A stretch of 64,000 bases of DNA from Bugula neritina (taxonomy: Eukaryota; Animalia; Bryozoa): NCBI GenBank assembly GCA_964035545.1, contig OZ037765.1, forward strand, positions 24,613,504 to 24,677,503. The letters are read 5' to 3'. The notes beneath the pieces were generated by a model. The model had not been told where the DNA came from. It did no database searches and saw only the letters and a program-made list of their open reading frames with translations. This document shows positions 47,904-60,230 of the stretch, piece by piece (the stretch's first letter is position 1; the number at the start of each line of letters is the position of its first letter). The position numbers and the translations under genes are program-made.

Positions 47904-50900
47904 ATGAAGAGTATATTAGTTACTGCACTGCTGTTGGCAATCACACTCCAAGTTTGCAATGGTGAAATATTTAGTGCTTTAGCTACTCTCAAGAAAGCAT
48001 TATATATAGAGAAGAACTTAGCCAACCATCTTCGCTCATATGTTTCCCTAATAGCTGATGCAGACAGAGCCAAAAAAGTTTCAGAGTCAGTTAATTTGTT
48101 TCTTTCCACTTTTTTCATTGAAAGCTAAAATCATGTGTCTGCCCATATGATTCCAGTCACGTATGCACGGAATGATTAAGCACATTTCATGTGTGCTAAC
48201 TTATAAGATGCAGTTTTTCATGCATGGGTGACAAACATTATGCTAATGAAGTCAGTTATGTGTGTTTGCAAATTAATTGTTTTTGCTATTGATGGTTAAT
48301 CTATTGCGCTATAGCAATCACTAATCTAAAACTTAGCCCAAGTTTTAAACTGGAGTACGTGTTTTATCATCAAGGCTGGCTATGGAGTATGACAGAATTG
48401 CTGATGAGTCTCTAAAAGATCCTGAAACATACCTAGCTAATCCGATCAATGCTTATATGTTATGCAAAAGATTTACTACAGAATTACAAGCTGTACAAGA
48501 TCTACTCGGTGCCCCAGCTTTGCAAGCCGGTAGAGCGGTTTTCCGTGTACATTCTCTATAAGCATGGCAAACCTTTTTGTGCCAGTTTTTATCTGATCAG
48601 TTAGTTTGGTTGTATTTTTCAATTTCAATGTTCTTATTATGTTTACAATAATTTAGATTTTCTTGTTCATATATTATGCATTGTATTTAGTGTTTTCTGG
48701 AAGTTTTGTCCAGAAAATTTTTGTCCTCTATTTGCCGTCACTCTAGGTTACTTTTGGTATATTGTGTGGTTTTGGCAGCTTTTGAAGAGCAGCTCTCTCT
48801 TTATAAGCATGAAATGCCGACTACAGAAGACTTTGAAGGAGTAATTGATGCTATACTTAGGCTACAAGATACCTATGAAATTACATCAGGACAGTTTGTT
48901 GATGGCTCGTTTTCTAAAGCCTCCAATTCTCCACGAATGACAGGTTAGGGCATCGAACATTGAATCCCATTGTTATCATAAGTGATAGCAGCTACAGAGT
49001 TTATAGTTTAGATGCTAGAAGAATTGTGTTGTTTGTAGCAAGTGACTGTTTTGAGATTGGTCGATATGCATATGAGAATGGAGATAAATACCATGCTCTA
49101 ATGTGGTTGATGGAGTCATTAGCCAGCTTGGAGTTAGAAGGAGGCAAACACAGTGTTGATACAATTCTTTTGCATGATTATCTTATATATGCTGCAGATG
49201 ATGTAAGTCATGGAAATATAACACTGCTTTGTTGTATATAGCATGTAGTTTCATCTCACCCCCATAATGCACTTCACTAACATTGTGCCCACTAACACTG
49301 CTCATAAAACATGCCTAATCTACTGGTTATGCTTGCCCATATTTGTACTATGATGTTTCTCTCGTGTATAATTTTATCATTGTGAAATAAATATAACCGT
49401 ATTTAACTCTTGTTCAGGGAATGAAATCAGGCTGTGCTTAGTTCCATACTGCACCATTAAATTTTTAATCTAGGAAACCCAAACCCCACCTTAAGCTGCA
49501 CGTTGCTTAGCTAAATGATTTATTTATAACTGTTGCCATGGTTACTGATGACAGCCACTTCCTTTTTTTAACATTTCATTATTAACCTGTTGGAATGGAG
49601 CTGTGGGCAGGGTGTATTCATGTGGCTATCAATGTTGCTCAGGTGTGCTCGTTGTAGGTATCATAAAGCATGATGGCGTGGGATATGACCAAAGATATTC
49701 TATATTCCACAAAACATTAGTCTGTGGTAGGAAAATTACTAAATAGGATGCTCTTACACCTTTTCTACTAACCCTGCTTGTGCAGCCAATCTAATTGATA
49801 GCAAGTTTGTATGGTAATTTTTATGCTTTGGTGTCATTTTATTGTGTTTTTGTTGAAATTTATGCTGTTGTTAAATTTTATTTTATGTTTTGTACTTGAT
49901 TATCTTGTAATGGTATTTATTTATGTCTCACTGAATCATTATAGCAAGGCAATCCCCGTCATGCCCTCAACCATGCTAAAGCCCTCCTTCAACTCTCTCC
50001 TACTAACCAAAAGACAATTTCTAGAATCAACAATGTTATTAACTGGCTGAACAAAGAAATATTAGAGGATAATGAAGTTCTTATATCCCAGGGGCAGCCC
50101 ATACCCAGTCAAGTAGGCTACAGTATATCTCTCTCTCATAAAGCTGGTCGGTTTATTGTGTTGGTATTCAGGAGTAACATTAATATGCATATACAATATG
50201 CAATATTGCAATATGCAATATGCAATATAAATAAGTCTCGTCAAATTTGTATGTTTCTCCCACTAACATCATTTGAAGTAGTGATATTTGATGACGAGGT
50301 TAAATCTTCCTGGTTTGTAAGCTTATTGAACAGATTTCTTCTTATGTTAGGCAATTCTTCACTTAGCCATAAATTTGTTGGAAATTTTGATTGAATGCAA
50401 GTAGCCCTTCTTATCTCAATAGTTATCGCATTGACAAAGTATGTTCTGTAGCCTATACTGTGTGGTAGATCACTAAACACGCTGTGCTTTATATCATAGT
50501 TTGCACTGCCTCCAGTCAAGAACAAGCGACTGATGAAAAGAGCCACTACACAGGAGTTTAAAAATTATGAATCTCTATGTAGAGGTGAAGATGTTATGGT
50601 GAGTGACTAGAGTTGAAATCTTATATCTTCAGGGAAACGAGATTATATTATCAGTCAAATAAATAATGTTGATGTTTTACATATAAAAAGTTTGTTTGTT
50701 CAATATTTTTTACTGTCAGACTTCAGTTGAAATGGTATAGGTATACTGTATTGTTTTGGGCAGAGTTTGGTTAGTTATCTTCTCGTTCTCCATTAAATAC
50801 TACTGTCATATAAACCAGCATCAGCTTCTCACCATGCTGCTATTGTGGAGCACCCACAGAGCTTTTTGTAGATTCTTCTAATTTATTACAAAGTTGCTAC

Positions 50901-53431
50901 TGTTATAAATTTAAATAAAATGTTGCTAGTTCTGTCATACCAGTCTATATATATATGCGTATATATGCATAATATCTCACCTATTTTTTCTATGACTTGT
51001 TCATAGCTTACAGTTTTTTTATTTTAATGAATGATGCATGGAAACCTGACTTTTCTTTGCAGTCCAATCCATATAAACACACTCTCACCTGCTACTACTC
51101 CACTGTTAATAATCACCCACTACTGTTATTGGCTCCTGCAAAGATTGAAGTCCTTTACAAGAACCCAGATCTGTTTTTGTACCATGATGTTATCAGTGAT
51201 GCAGAAATTGAAATAGTGAAAGGATTATCTACTCCTCTTGTAGGTTGACCTTCACACTATGCTCTTGTGCACAACACTCCAGCTTTGTTATCAACTTTAG
51301 CTATTTTCAACATTTAATTGTGAAATACTAATTTATTTAATTATAATTATTTTTGGCATTTATGAGATATTTCCTTCTGAGTTATTCAGTTGGCTTTCCT
51401 TCAACTACCTGCCAACTTCACCTGCCGGCTTTAGGAAGTCCAATATCATCATACCTATGTTATAACTTATGTCATTTACCAGCACATCGTGGCCATTACT
51501 GTGTTAATACTGTAGTTCATCAGAATTATTTTACATCTGCTTGCAATGTCATTGAACTTTTACAGCTCAAGAGAGCTGTTGTTAACGATCCTAAGACAGG
51601 GAAACTAATTACAGCCCATTACCGAGTTAGCAGAAGGTAATATTGAGTGGCTAATGCTGGTGATAGCACCCAGCAGTAAATACTTCCAGCATGGCTAAAA
51701 TGATCTTAAATTATGTGCAATGTTGGCAAGTATGACTTTATTGCTGATATGTTATATGTGTCTCCCATCCTTTAAAAATTTAATTTGTAGAAAGAGATGT
51801 GTTGGTGGCATATGGCTTAATATTCCCTAAGCATGGCAGCAATGAGATCTGTTTGATCAAACTAAACTAAGTTGATGACTAATTTGTACTCGCATTGCCT
51901 CCTTAACCTGCTTGTTAATATTTCCAAGTTACCCAATCTACCCAATATTGACTTGTTTGATTGTTTAATGATGCTACTTTATTATTTTAAGTTTTGACTA
52001 AATGTATTACGCTGGTGGCACTGTTTGCATCTTTTTGTAGCTCCTGGTTATACGATAATGACCATCCAACTATTAATACAATAACTAACAGAATATCGGC
52101 TATGGTTAACTTAGATATGGAAACGGCTGAGCCTCTGCAGGTTGTCAACTATGGAATTGGTGGTCAATATGAACCACACTTTGACCATTCTAGGGTAGGC
52201 ATCGCATCTAAAATATAATGTTGTTGATTGTAGCTCTTGGCTGTATGATCACGCCAACCACACAATAGCAACTATTACTAAGAGAGTAGGCGCTAGTACT
52301 GGCCTCCAAATGGAGACAGCAGAAGGCTTGCAAGTAGTCAACTATGGTATCGGTGGTCAATATGAGCCACACTATGACCACTCTGTAAGACACTACAATG
52401 ATTGTCGCTCATTTGCAATTAAATTCATATCATTGTAAAGCTGTGCACGCTCGGGTTACCTTTTGCAATCAGCTTTTATGTAATTCTGCTCAACCCTTGT
52501 CTAACCGGTACAACATCGCCTCCTTCTATTCTCTTTTCAAGTATTGAGGCTCAAAATTATCATTGAACTCAAGATTAAGTTCAAAACAAGATGGTGCTCA
52601 AACATTTGGAGTAATCATTTTATAGGTTTAGCTGTATGCTACTGAAGGTAAGTTGTGCTCTCTTTCTCTCGCTCCGGCAAAAATTAATATTGTATAAAGC
52701 AACAACATGGTATATTGCAGGATGACGACGGCCATCAATTTGAATCGTGGCGGGGCAATAGAGTAGCCACATGGATATTTTATGTAAGTAATAGATAAGT
52801 TTTCTATAAGTTGTTGTAATATAATGCATATGATAATTTCTTTTCTGGTAAATTACTATGCCTGTCATATCATATTTATTTTTTATTACTGTGTTGGTTT
52901 TTATAGCTGTCTGATGTCTCAGCTGGGGGTTACACTGTCTTTACCGAGATTGGTGCCAAAGTTCCTCCTGTTAAGGTCTGTAGGTGAACATAGGGACTAA
53001 AGTGTCATCAAATGTGACTGTTGACTATACACAGTGATAGGGTGCTCTAGTGCTTGGTTCAAAGGCTATTCTAGTATGAATGTTGCTCATTTTATGTAAT
53101 TGTTTTGTGGTGTTTGCAATAACCAGGAATGTAGACGCCGAGTTTAATTACCAGTTTGAACTCTTTTGATTATAGGGAGCTGCAGCTTTATGGTTTAATT
53201 TAAAGAAAAATGGAAAAGGTGATCCTAAAACTCGCCATGCTGGTTGCCCCGTTCTATCTGGCTCTAAATGGGGTAGGATATCTTCAAAGGTTCTGGTATT
53301 TATAAAGCGAAGATTTTTTATTTTGTGTATAGACTAAATTATTTTGTTTATCGTTTTTAGTTGCTAATAAATGGATTCATATAAGAGGCCAGGAGTTCCA
53401 CAGAAAGTGTAGTCAGGAAGCAGACGAGTAG
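47904..53431 (+). CDS. P4HA: Collagen prolyl 4-hydroxylase alpha subunit
   Basis: Exons about 47904-48085, 48375-48529, 48779-48943, 49039-49202, 49945-50112, 50500-50598, 51063-51239, 51566-51636, [52041-52194 or 52234-52384], 52721-52783, 52907-52975, 53176-53272, 53361-53431. Signal peptide; EIFSA, YLANPINAY, ILRLQDTY, DCFEIG, YESLCRG, LQVVNYGIGGQYEPH(F/Y)D, GNRVATWIFYLSDV, TRHAGCPVLSGSKWVANKWIH. Confidence 0.96.
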
Positions 53432-54139
53432 CTTGCACAGTCCTACTACTTGTCAACTACTAGCCCACATTAGTGCTAGTCTCCTCTATCTATGCATATA
53501 TTTTACCTTTTATATTTTACTCAAGACAGTTGGCGTATAATTGAGTCATTTTACAATTTTATTATTGCCAATTTATAAAATTGCAGTGTAATCAGGTGCT
53601 TTTATTTAATGTATACCCATATTTTATAAAAACGACTTTAGACCAAATAGAGATCTCGTGCTTAAGTTGTACAGGTTTGGGTTCAGAACACTTATAGACT
53701 TATTCAGATAATGTTCTATGTTGTATTTATCTCTGTTTTATTTGAAATGCTCAAGCAATAAAAAATTCTTAAAAGATTCTGCGTTCCAAGTTCCAACAGT
53801 TGATTATTTAGCATAAGATTATCAAAAGGCAGTACTCACAGCATGTTCAGCGATAAAATTTAATACAATTATGATAAACTATAGCCAGGCATACATGCAA
53901 TTAGACAGCCTGTGTTACACGTCTCTAACCAGACTGTGGGGTAAGTTTTTAAAACAACTATTGGATTGCAACAGACTAAATGCTAGTCAGTACTCAATAC
54001 CTACTTTTTGTTGACAGTTTTCACAGTGCTGATGTTTTATAAATTCGTGTAGGCTACTAAAAGAGGTCAACATTAAGTAAATTTTAAGTACTAGAATACA
54101 TGGAGAAACTGCATCTTATAACTTGGAATTGTCTGTATC

Positions 54140-55907
54140 CAGGGATGTAGTGGCAAAAATGTTCTTGGTCATACTCTCAGGCCAGGGGGCCGCCCAGGGG
54201 TCCGGGGCAGCGCCCCGGCCGCCGAAGCCCTCAGAGCGCCTCAGATGCAAATTTTTGCAATTTAAAGCCATTGTGAATTATAATTCTTCTAAAAAAAAAT
54301 CTGTGTTGAAATGTGCACCTTGCTACTATTTTCATACCATACCAGCTACATAACGACTGGGCATTGCTGCAAGCTATATAAATATTCAGTATTGTCCCCT
54401 ACCTGTTGACTGTAATTTTAAATGTAGTCTTACTCAACTGACACTAAGTCCAACCTGTACAGAAAATATTTTGAAGATCTCAAAAAGATGGAAGGATAGA
54501 GACAGGTAACAAGTGCTCTCCAAATGTAACCTGATTACTTCAAATATCTAATACTCTGACGTGCACCGAAAAAGAATTATAGATCAGAACAGAGGAAGAT
54601 TGCAAATCAGAAAATGTGTGTTGGTTATTTATAAAAATCAATTTGAATTGATAACTCATTGGCAAGCAGAAATTCGTTGAAAACCTATTTGGAGTTTATT
54701 AGAGTACTAGTCTAACCCATAAGGAGATACCACCTCACCTCCTTGCACACAATAAAGCACACCCAAGAAGAGTATGTTAACTTGGTTTTAAAGTAAAGCC
54801 CCTGAGCTTCCACGAGACACATCAAAGAAATATACCCCAAAAGAACAAATTTGACAGCTTTAATATGTGTTAACCTGGAAGATGATTAAATGTAAAGCCA
54901 GACGTTAGTACAATCAAACATAAAAGGTTACTTATGGTAGTAGTGTACAGTTTGCAAAACCTCTTTGCATTGATAATTAACATGCAATAACGCAACCGAA
55001 ATGTGGATATAGTACCTGTAGACCTCAGTGATAAATTTTCATTAGCCTCTCCTACACACCTGGTACTGTTTCTTGTAGACATTTTGATTTTATTTCTGGA
55101 TTTCATGTTGGTTTTTTTTCCAAATTTCATTGCTTATTGACAAAATGTAAGTCCACGCAAGATAAATAAGGGCAACTTTCTAGCTGTCACTGCCTTGCTG
55201 AGGCCACATTATTGGTATATTATAAGACTCAGTCCCGCAAAATAGAACCATACTTAATTGTGCTAGAATTAAAATTTAAAAACCATGTTTTAAATCTTCC
55301 TGTTTCTCAGAGCCCCTGCTTTTTCGAGTTTTCAATATTTTTTTTGCAAAGTTGTGAACAAAAATCTACCCATTTATGGCCAATTTTACCTGAAAAATTT
55401 ATTTTTCAATCCCTGCCAAATATCTCAGCAGGAAAGCATGGTATTCGAATAAAACAAAAACTGTCGGAAACCTGAGAAATTCATGCATAGCATGTATTTT
55501 TATCTTTTCAATAGCTTTCATAGATTTTCTACAAATTAGTGATTTATACACCGAAAATGAAATATTTTTTCCTTAGTAGTCACTAATGCACAGCACTTCG
55601 CGCTTCAGTGAATACGTAGAGATGAGAAGATGGAATGTTGATAGCTGCTTATTATTCATAGTGTAATCTCAAGCTAAACAATCACAAGTAGGCAACACGC
55701 ATGCCACCCACATAGCATTAACATAACAAGAACTTAAACTAGATTGTGAGCGAATTTTATGATAATATTCTCAGTGAGGATGCCCTAACTATCTTGTGCA
55801 CTAACCATCTTTCAAAAATATGCCCATACGGGCGTATGGCCAAGAACAGCCTATTTTCTTCTAGGCCATACGGCGTATGGGACCGTATGGGTACCACTAC
55901 ATCCCTG
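54140..55907. mobile_element. Non-autonomous hAT DNA transposon, 1768 bp
   Basis: Perfect 14-bp TIR CAGGGATGTAGTGG / CCACTACATCCCTG (Ac-like CAGGGATG start); perfect 8-bp TSD TCTGTATC (54132-54139 and 55908-55915); subterminal inverted motif TGTTCTTGG(T/C)CATAC; repeated CCATACG/CGTATGG at the right end; no transposase ORF. Confidence 0.93.
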
Positions 55908-55990
55908 TCTGTATCTGAAGTGACAAATCAACTTGAATTATTCGTACTTTCATAAGTAATTCCAAAAACCTGGAGATCGTCCTGCTGGAA

Positions 55991-58584
55991 ATGGATACTA
56001 ATTGCAGCTTTTCAATGCCAGCTATTGTGACAGGCAGTCAGCTTAATATTGTGATATTTACTGGAGCAAGTTTAGTTGCAGCAGCACTACTTACTACAAC
56101 AGGTTTGAATATATGCAGTCTACTATGTTTTTACATATTTAGTTATAGTTTTATGTAATTAATAGTGCTCCATGTAGAATGTATTTCATTAGCATGCATG
56201 AGTTAAATTTTTTTAGCTTTTCTGGTCTTCTAGTTTAAGCTTTGACATGAGAGTTGTCTGCTCACAATATAAAGCTTGGAACTCCAAGCCTACAGCCAAA
56301 TGAAAGAATGGAAACTCAACCTAAATCAACACTTGCAGTGTCAGTTCATTCAAGCACTCAAATCAGCGCGGCTTCAATTTAGTTTAGTCTCTTTGCCTTT
56401 ATACATGTTTGTTGTTATATTAATCCTAAATCTATAGTGTTGATTGCCTATAGCGTAGAGTTAACCCATCACTAGGAAATTGCCATACCGTAGCTTATAC
56501 ACACCTGTGTTGTCTTAGTTGGGTGTTGCCTGTGACAATATATAACAACTATTAATATTATGTGGTTGTATATGCTATCAGTATGTTTATATCACTTCAT
56601 GGCGATGGGTTTTGTATTGCTGTTGGGCAAATAACTGACAATTAGTGCTTACTCTTATTTGTAGTACTATGTCACATACCCCTAGCTTTAAAGTGCACAA
56701 AGCAATTTTGGTGTTCAATAAATATATAATGAACCATGCCGAAAATGCAAGTACCAAAAATTCCAACAATATTGCAAAGAATCGAGAAGGTAGCATTGAA
56801 ATGCTGTAGTACCATCAATTTCCCAGCTACTTAATTTTATTATTTCTGGTTTTTATAATGCCATCTCAACATTTATGGGCATTAAGTAGGTCTGACACAC
56901 ACAAAAATTAATTAATATAATATTATTTATGATAAGTAGTAATTATATGTATGCATTAGATATATGTAATCATATAAGCATTTTGTGGTGTAAATTAGCA
57001 TTAAACACGGTCTTGATAATTATAGATATATGCATTCGTCTCTATTGCTATTTTTAGCTTATATACTTGTAGGGTACCGATGGATAGCTGTTACAAGGTT
57101 CTTATCTGGTTTATTCACAGGGTTTTTGACTACCAACTTACTCCTCCACTATCTCACTGAGCTGAACCTTCCCATTTTACTATGCCTGTCTGCAAGTGTG
57201 GGCATAGCAGCTGGCTTCATAACTTTTCAGATCCATCTGTTAGCTTTAGTTCTATTATCATCACAGGCTGGTGGACTGCTAGCGTGCTTGTGTTTGTTGT
57301 TACCTCAATACTTCTATGGCTACATTTCTGCAGCTGTGATGTTTATCACTCTCATCAGCTGGTCACTCTGCCAGACTCTGATCAGCACCGTACCTCTCTT
57401 CCACAAACCTATGTATATTTTAAACACAAGCATAGTCGGTGCATCTCTTATATTAGTCTTCTTTGATACATACTTTCATAATTCTCAAATCTTAAGTCAT
57501 ATCTACTCATTTCTTAGTCTCACTATCGTTCAAAGTGATTATGCTTTCTGCAAGTACTCAGTGGCATTATTCAGCATGTGGTTTCTGATATCTTTGTCAG
57601 CTCTAGTGCTTCAAAGTCTCTTTACTGCTAGAAAGATACATCATTCAGCTGGTGAGTTGTTATCTGGCTTACAATTGACAAGTAATTATACGCACACACG
57701 CACACGCACACGGTATATGTGGTATATGTGGTATATGTGGTATACGTGGTATATGTGGTATATGTGGTATACGTGGTATATGTGGTATATGTGGTATACG
57801 TGGTATATGTGGTATATGTGGTATACGTGGTATATGTGGTATATGTGGTATAATGATAGATAGTTTCCAATATTTTCAACTAACTAGATGTGCAAAAGAC
57901 CATTACACAGTTGTTCACTTATATAGTAGTCTAAAGCTAATTTGCATATCTAAAATAGTTTTCCTTTTTACAAATAATTTGTTAAAAAATTATGGTTTTA
58001 AAATAGAGCTACCAACCTCTTGCTGTTTGAGTGGTCGAAGCTTGGTCCGTTCTAACAGCATGGCTACTGTTTCGCTATCTGTTGACAAGGACTCTCATGT
58101 GGAACTAGATGAGGATAGATTCAGAACTTTATACAGTCGGCGACTCGCCACTGGAGACATTCCAACCAAGGTACAGTCACTTATTGAAAAAGTGCAGTAA
58201 TGGAAAACTTGAGAAAAACTATGTTTTTATTGCGACATAGTACAAAAGAATGATTGTTTTTGCAATATGTTCAACCTGCCCCACAAACTAAAACTCATCA
58301 ACACAACTAAAAGAATTAGGCTGTTGAATTTTTTTTATTAAGATACTTAAATAGCTTAATGAGTTTTACCAATAATTATGTCTTTTTTGATAGATTTTCA
58401 GCATTTTTGCTATAAATTTTCAACTTGGTAATACTAATTGATGCTTTGAAATTAAAACTCTTTGTTTGCAAACTAAATGTAGAAATGTTAATAAAGCAAT
58501 ATATTTTTATTTTATATGATGCAGGCATGCCTAAGAGATGTTCAACAAGCTTGTCAGAAAAACATGTATGACATCGAAAAGTGA
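55991..58584 (+). CDS. TMEM198: TMEM198 family multi-pass membrane protein
   Basis: Exons about 55991-56102, 57073-57651, 58007-58170 and (less certain) 58525-58584. Motifs 'G|YRWIAVTRFLSGLFTG', 'TSIVGASLILVFFDTY', 'FCKYS...W...LQSLFTARKIHH', 'LYSRRLATGD' match the TMEM198 pattern. Confidence 0.8.
57712..57852. repeat. 9-bp minisatellite (TGGTATATG/TGGTATACG) with a 27-bp higher-order period, in a TMEM198 intron
   Basis: About 15 tandem units; the ACG variant recurs every third unit; preceded by a short CA/CACG tract. Confidence 0.95.
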
Positions 58585-59875
58585 CGGTCAATATAATAAT
58601 TACTAATATTTCATGCAAATTTTGCTAATATAGTCAATACAATTTATATTAATCTATCAATTTCTTATTAATTTTGATACACATAGGCCTATGTTTTTTA
58701 ACTATTGCTAAATCAAGTATTGAATGTATATTTATGTTTTCAAATTTTAATACTTAAGTTTCCCAGGAAAGTTTTAAAGTACAGCACAAGCACATTATTT
58801 ATATATTTGCATTATTTATATATTATTATATTTGTACATTACCTGAACATGAGCATACACTGCAACTAAAATACATGCCTAAGAAGTATCAGCTTAAAAT
58901 ATCACACATATGACATTATTTGGCATTTTTAACTTATTAAACATATGAATAAATAATCTATCTTCAGAATTGTGCTACTTGAGGCTTATCCACACTGGGA
59001 ACATATCTGTGACAAATACAATTCTCAAAACTAGCCATCACTAAAAAGCAGTGTTTTGTTGGTTTGTGTATTAAAGAGAAATAGACAAGTGTTGGGTGTT
59101 TCACTTGTCATATTATTGTTTTACAGAGAGACTGATAAAAGAATGCGCATATTCATGATCGTTTAAATAGGAATCCACTACTAAACTATTAAGTTTTGAA
59201 AAAATAACTGATTATTCAGATCTTTATGGAATATAAAATTTATTGTTTAGGAAAAACAGTAATGGTGTAAAACAGCTCTCAGTTTGTAGAAATTTTCCAA
59301 TGTGGATAGGCTTTTACATCTGTTTTATAGTGTTGCAGTAGAACATATAATAGCCAGTAATTTAGTATCATCTAATGTATATTATATTGTAAATATTACT
59401 ATAGTTTTTATTCTGTTTTATTTGATAAGATATAAACAGCATTATAAAAAAATCTTATGTGTAAAAAATAAAAGATTGAAAGTCCAATAAAAGTTTTTAT
59501 TTCAGAAGCTTCTAGAACAAAGTTTTCATCAAAAAGATGTAATAAAATGATGTTAGGGTTAGCAAAACACATTGAAAATACTTTATAATGTTTTTATATA
59601 GTTTGTTATACACCATAACTTACTTGGTTGTTGGCTGTCACAGTATTACTCATACAGCTTTCATGGAGGTATATAATCAGCGCCATGTAAAACTGAACAC
59701 CAGAAACACATAATATATGAATGAACTGTTGTTTTAGCATGTCTTTCTTAGAATACTTTTCATAGCAAAAGACATAAAGCTAAATTGAAAACGATATAAA
59801 TTATATAAAAAGTGGAACAAGCTCAGGGTAAGAATACAATTTAAACTGTCAATATTTATCAACTTCTTATATAAT

Positions 59876-59995
59876 GGGTGTGTGTGAGTGTGTTAGATGT
59901 ATGTCAGGTGTGTGTGTTAGGTTTGTGTAAAGTATGTGTCAGGTGTGTGTCAGTTATGTATTAGGTATGTGTTGGGTGTGTGTAAGGTATGTGTT
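59876..59995. repeat. Degenerate TG-rich repeat (about 12-bp unit GTGTGTGTYAG-like)
   Basis: ggtgtgtgtgagtgtgttagatgtatgtcaggtgtgtgtgttaggtttgtgtaaagtatgtgtcagg... Confidence 0.7.
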
Positions 59996-60049
59996 ATACA
60001 TATAAAATTGTTAATAAGGAAATTTTGTTGATGACTTTTGTGTATGCAC

Positions 60050-60113
60050 TGAGAGCTGGTTAAAGGGGACCAAATTAATTGTTTCTCTATTTGGCCCTTT
60101 TCAACCAGCTGCA
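60050..60113 (-). ncRNA. mir-133: microRNA mir-133 precursor
   Basis: Minus-strand hairpin: 5' arm AGCUGGUUGAAAAGGGCCAAAU (60110-60089) and 3' arm UUGGUCCCCUUUAACCAGCUCU (60073-60052), versus the conserved miR-133 UUGGUCCCCUUCAACCAGCUGU; seed intact. Confidence 0.93.
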
Positions 60114-60167
60114 GCTGACAACACAGTATCTGGTGATGTGATGTTCCTAGGAGTCGATCTCAGCGTC

Positions 60168-60230
60168 CACAGCATACTTCATTACATTCCATGCAAAATC
60201 ATAATCATAGCGTGTAATGAAATATGGTGC
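60168..60230 (-). ncRNA. mir-1: microRNA mir-1 precursor
   Basis: Minus-strand hairpin: 3' arm UGGAAUGUAAUGAAGUAUGCUG (60191-60170) versus the conserved miR-1 UGGAAUGUAAAGAAGUAUG; complementary 5' arm CCAUAUUUCAUUACACGCUAUG (60227-60206); lies upstream of mir-133 in the conserved order. Confidence 0.93.

Noticed and set aside
49415-49776. CAGGG...CCCTG-bounded segment in a P4HA intron as a hAT MITE
   Set aside because: Ends match over only 5 bp and the flanks (CTCTTGTT vs CTTGTGCA) are not an 8-bp duplication.
57652-57863. C-terminal (WYM)n extension of the 277-aa TMEM198 ORF
   Set aside because: Lies beyond the G|GTGAG donor at 57652; it is an intronic minisatellite.
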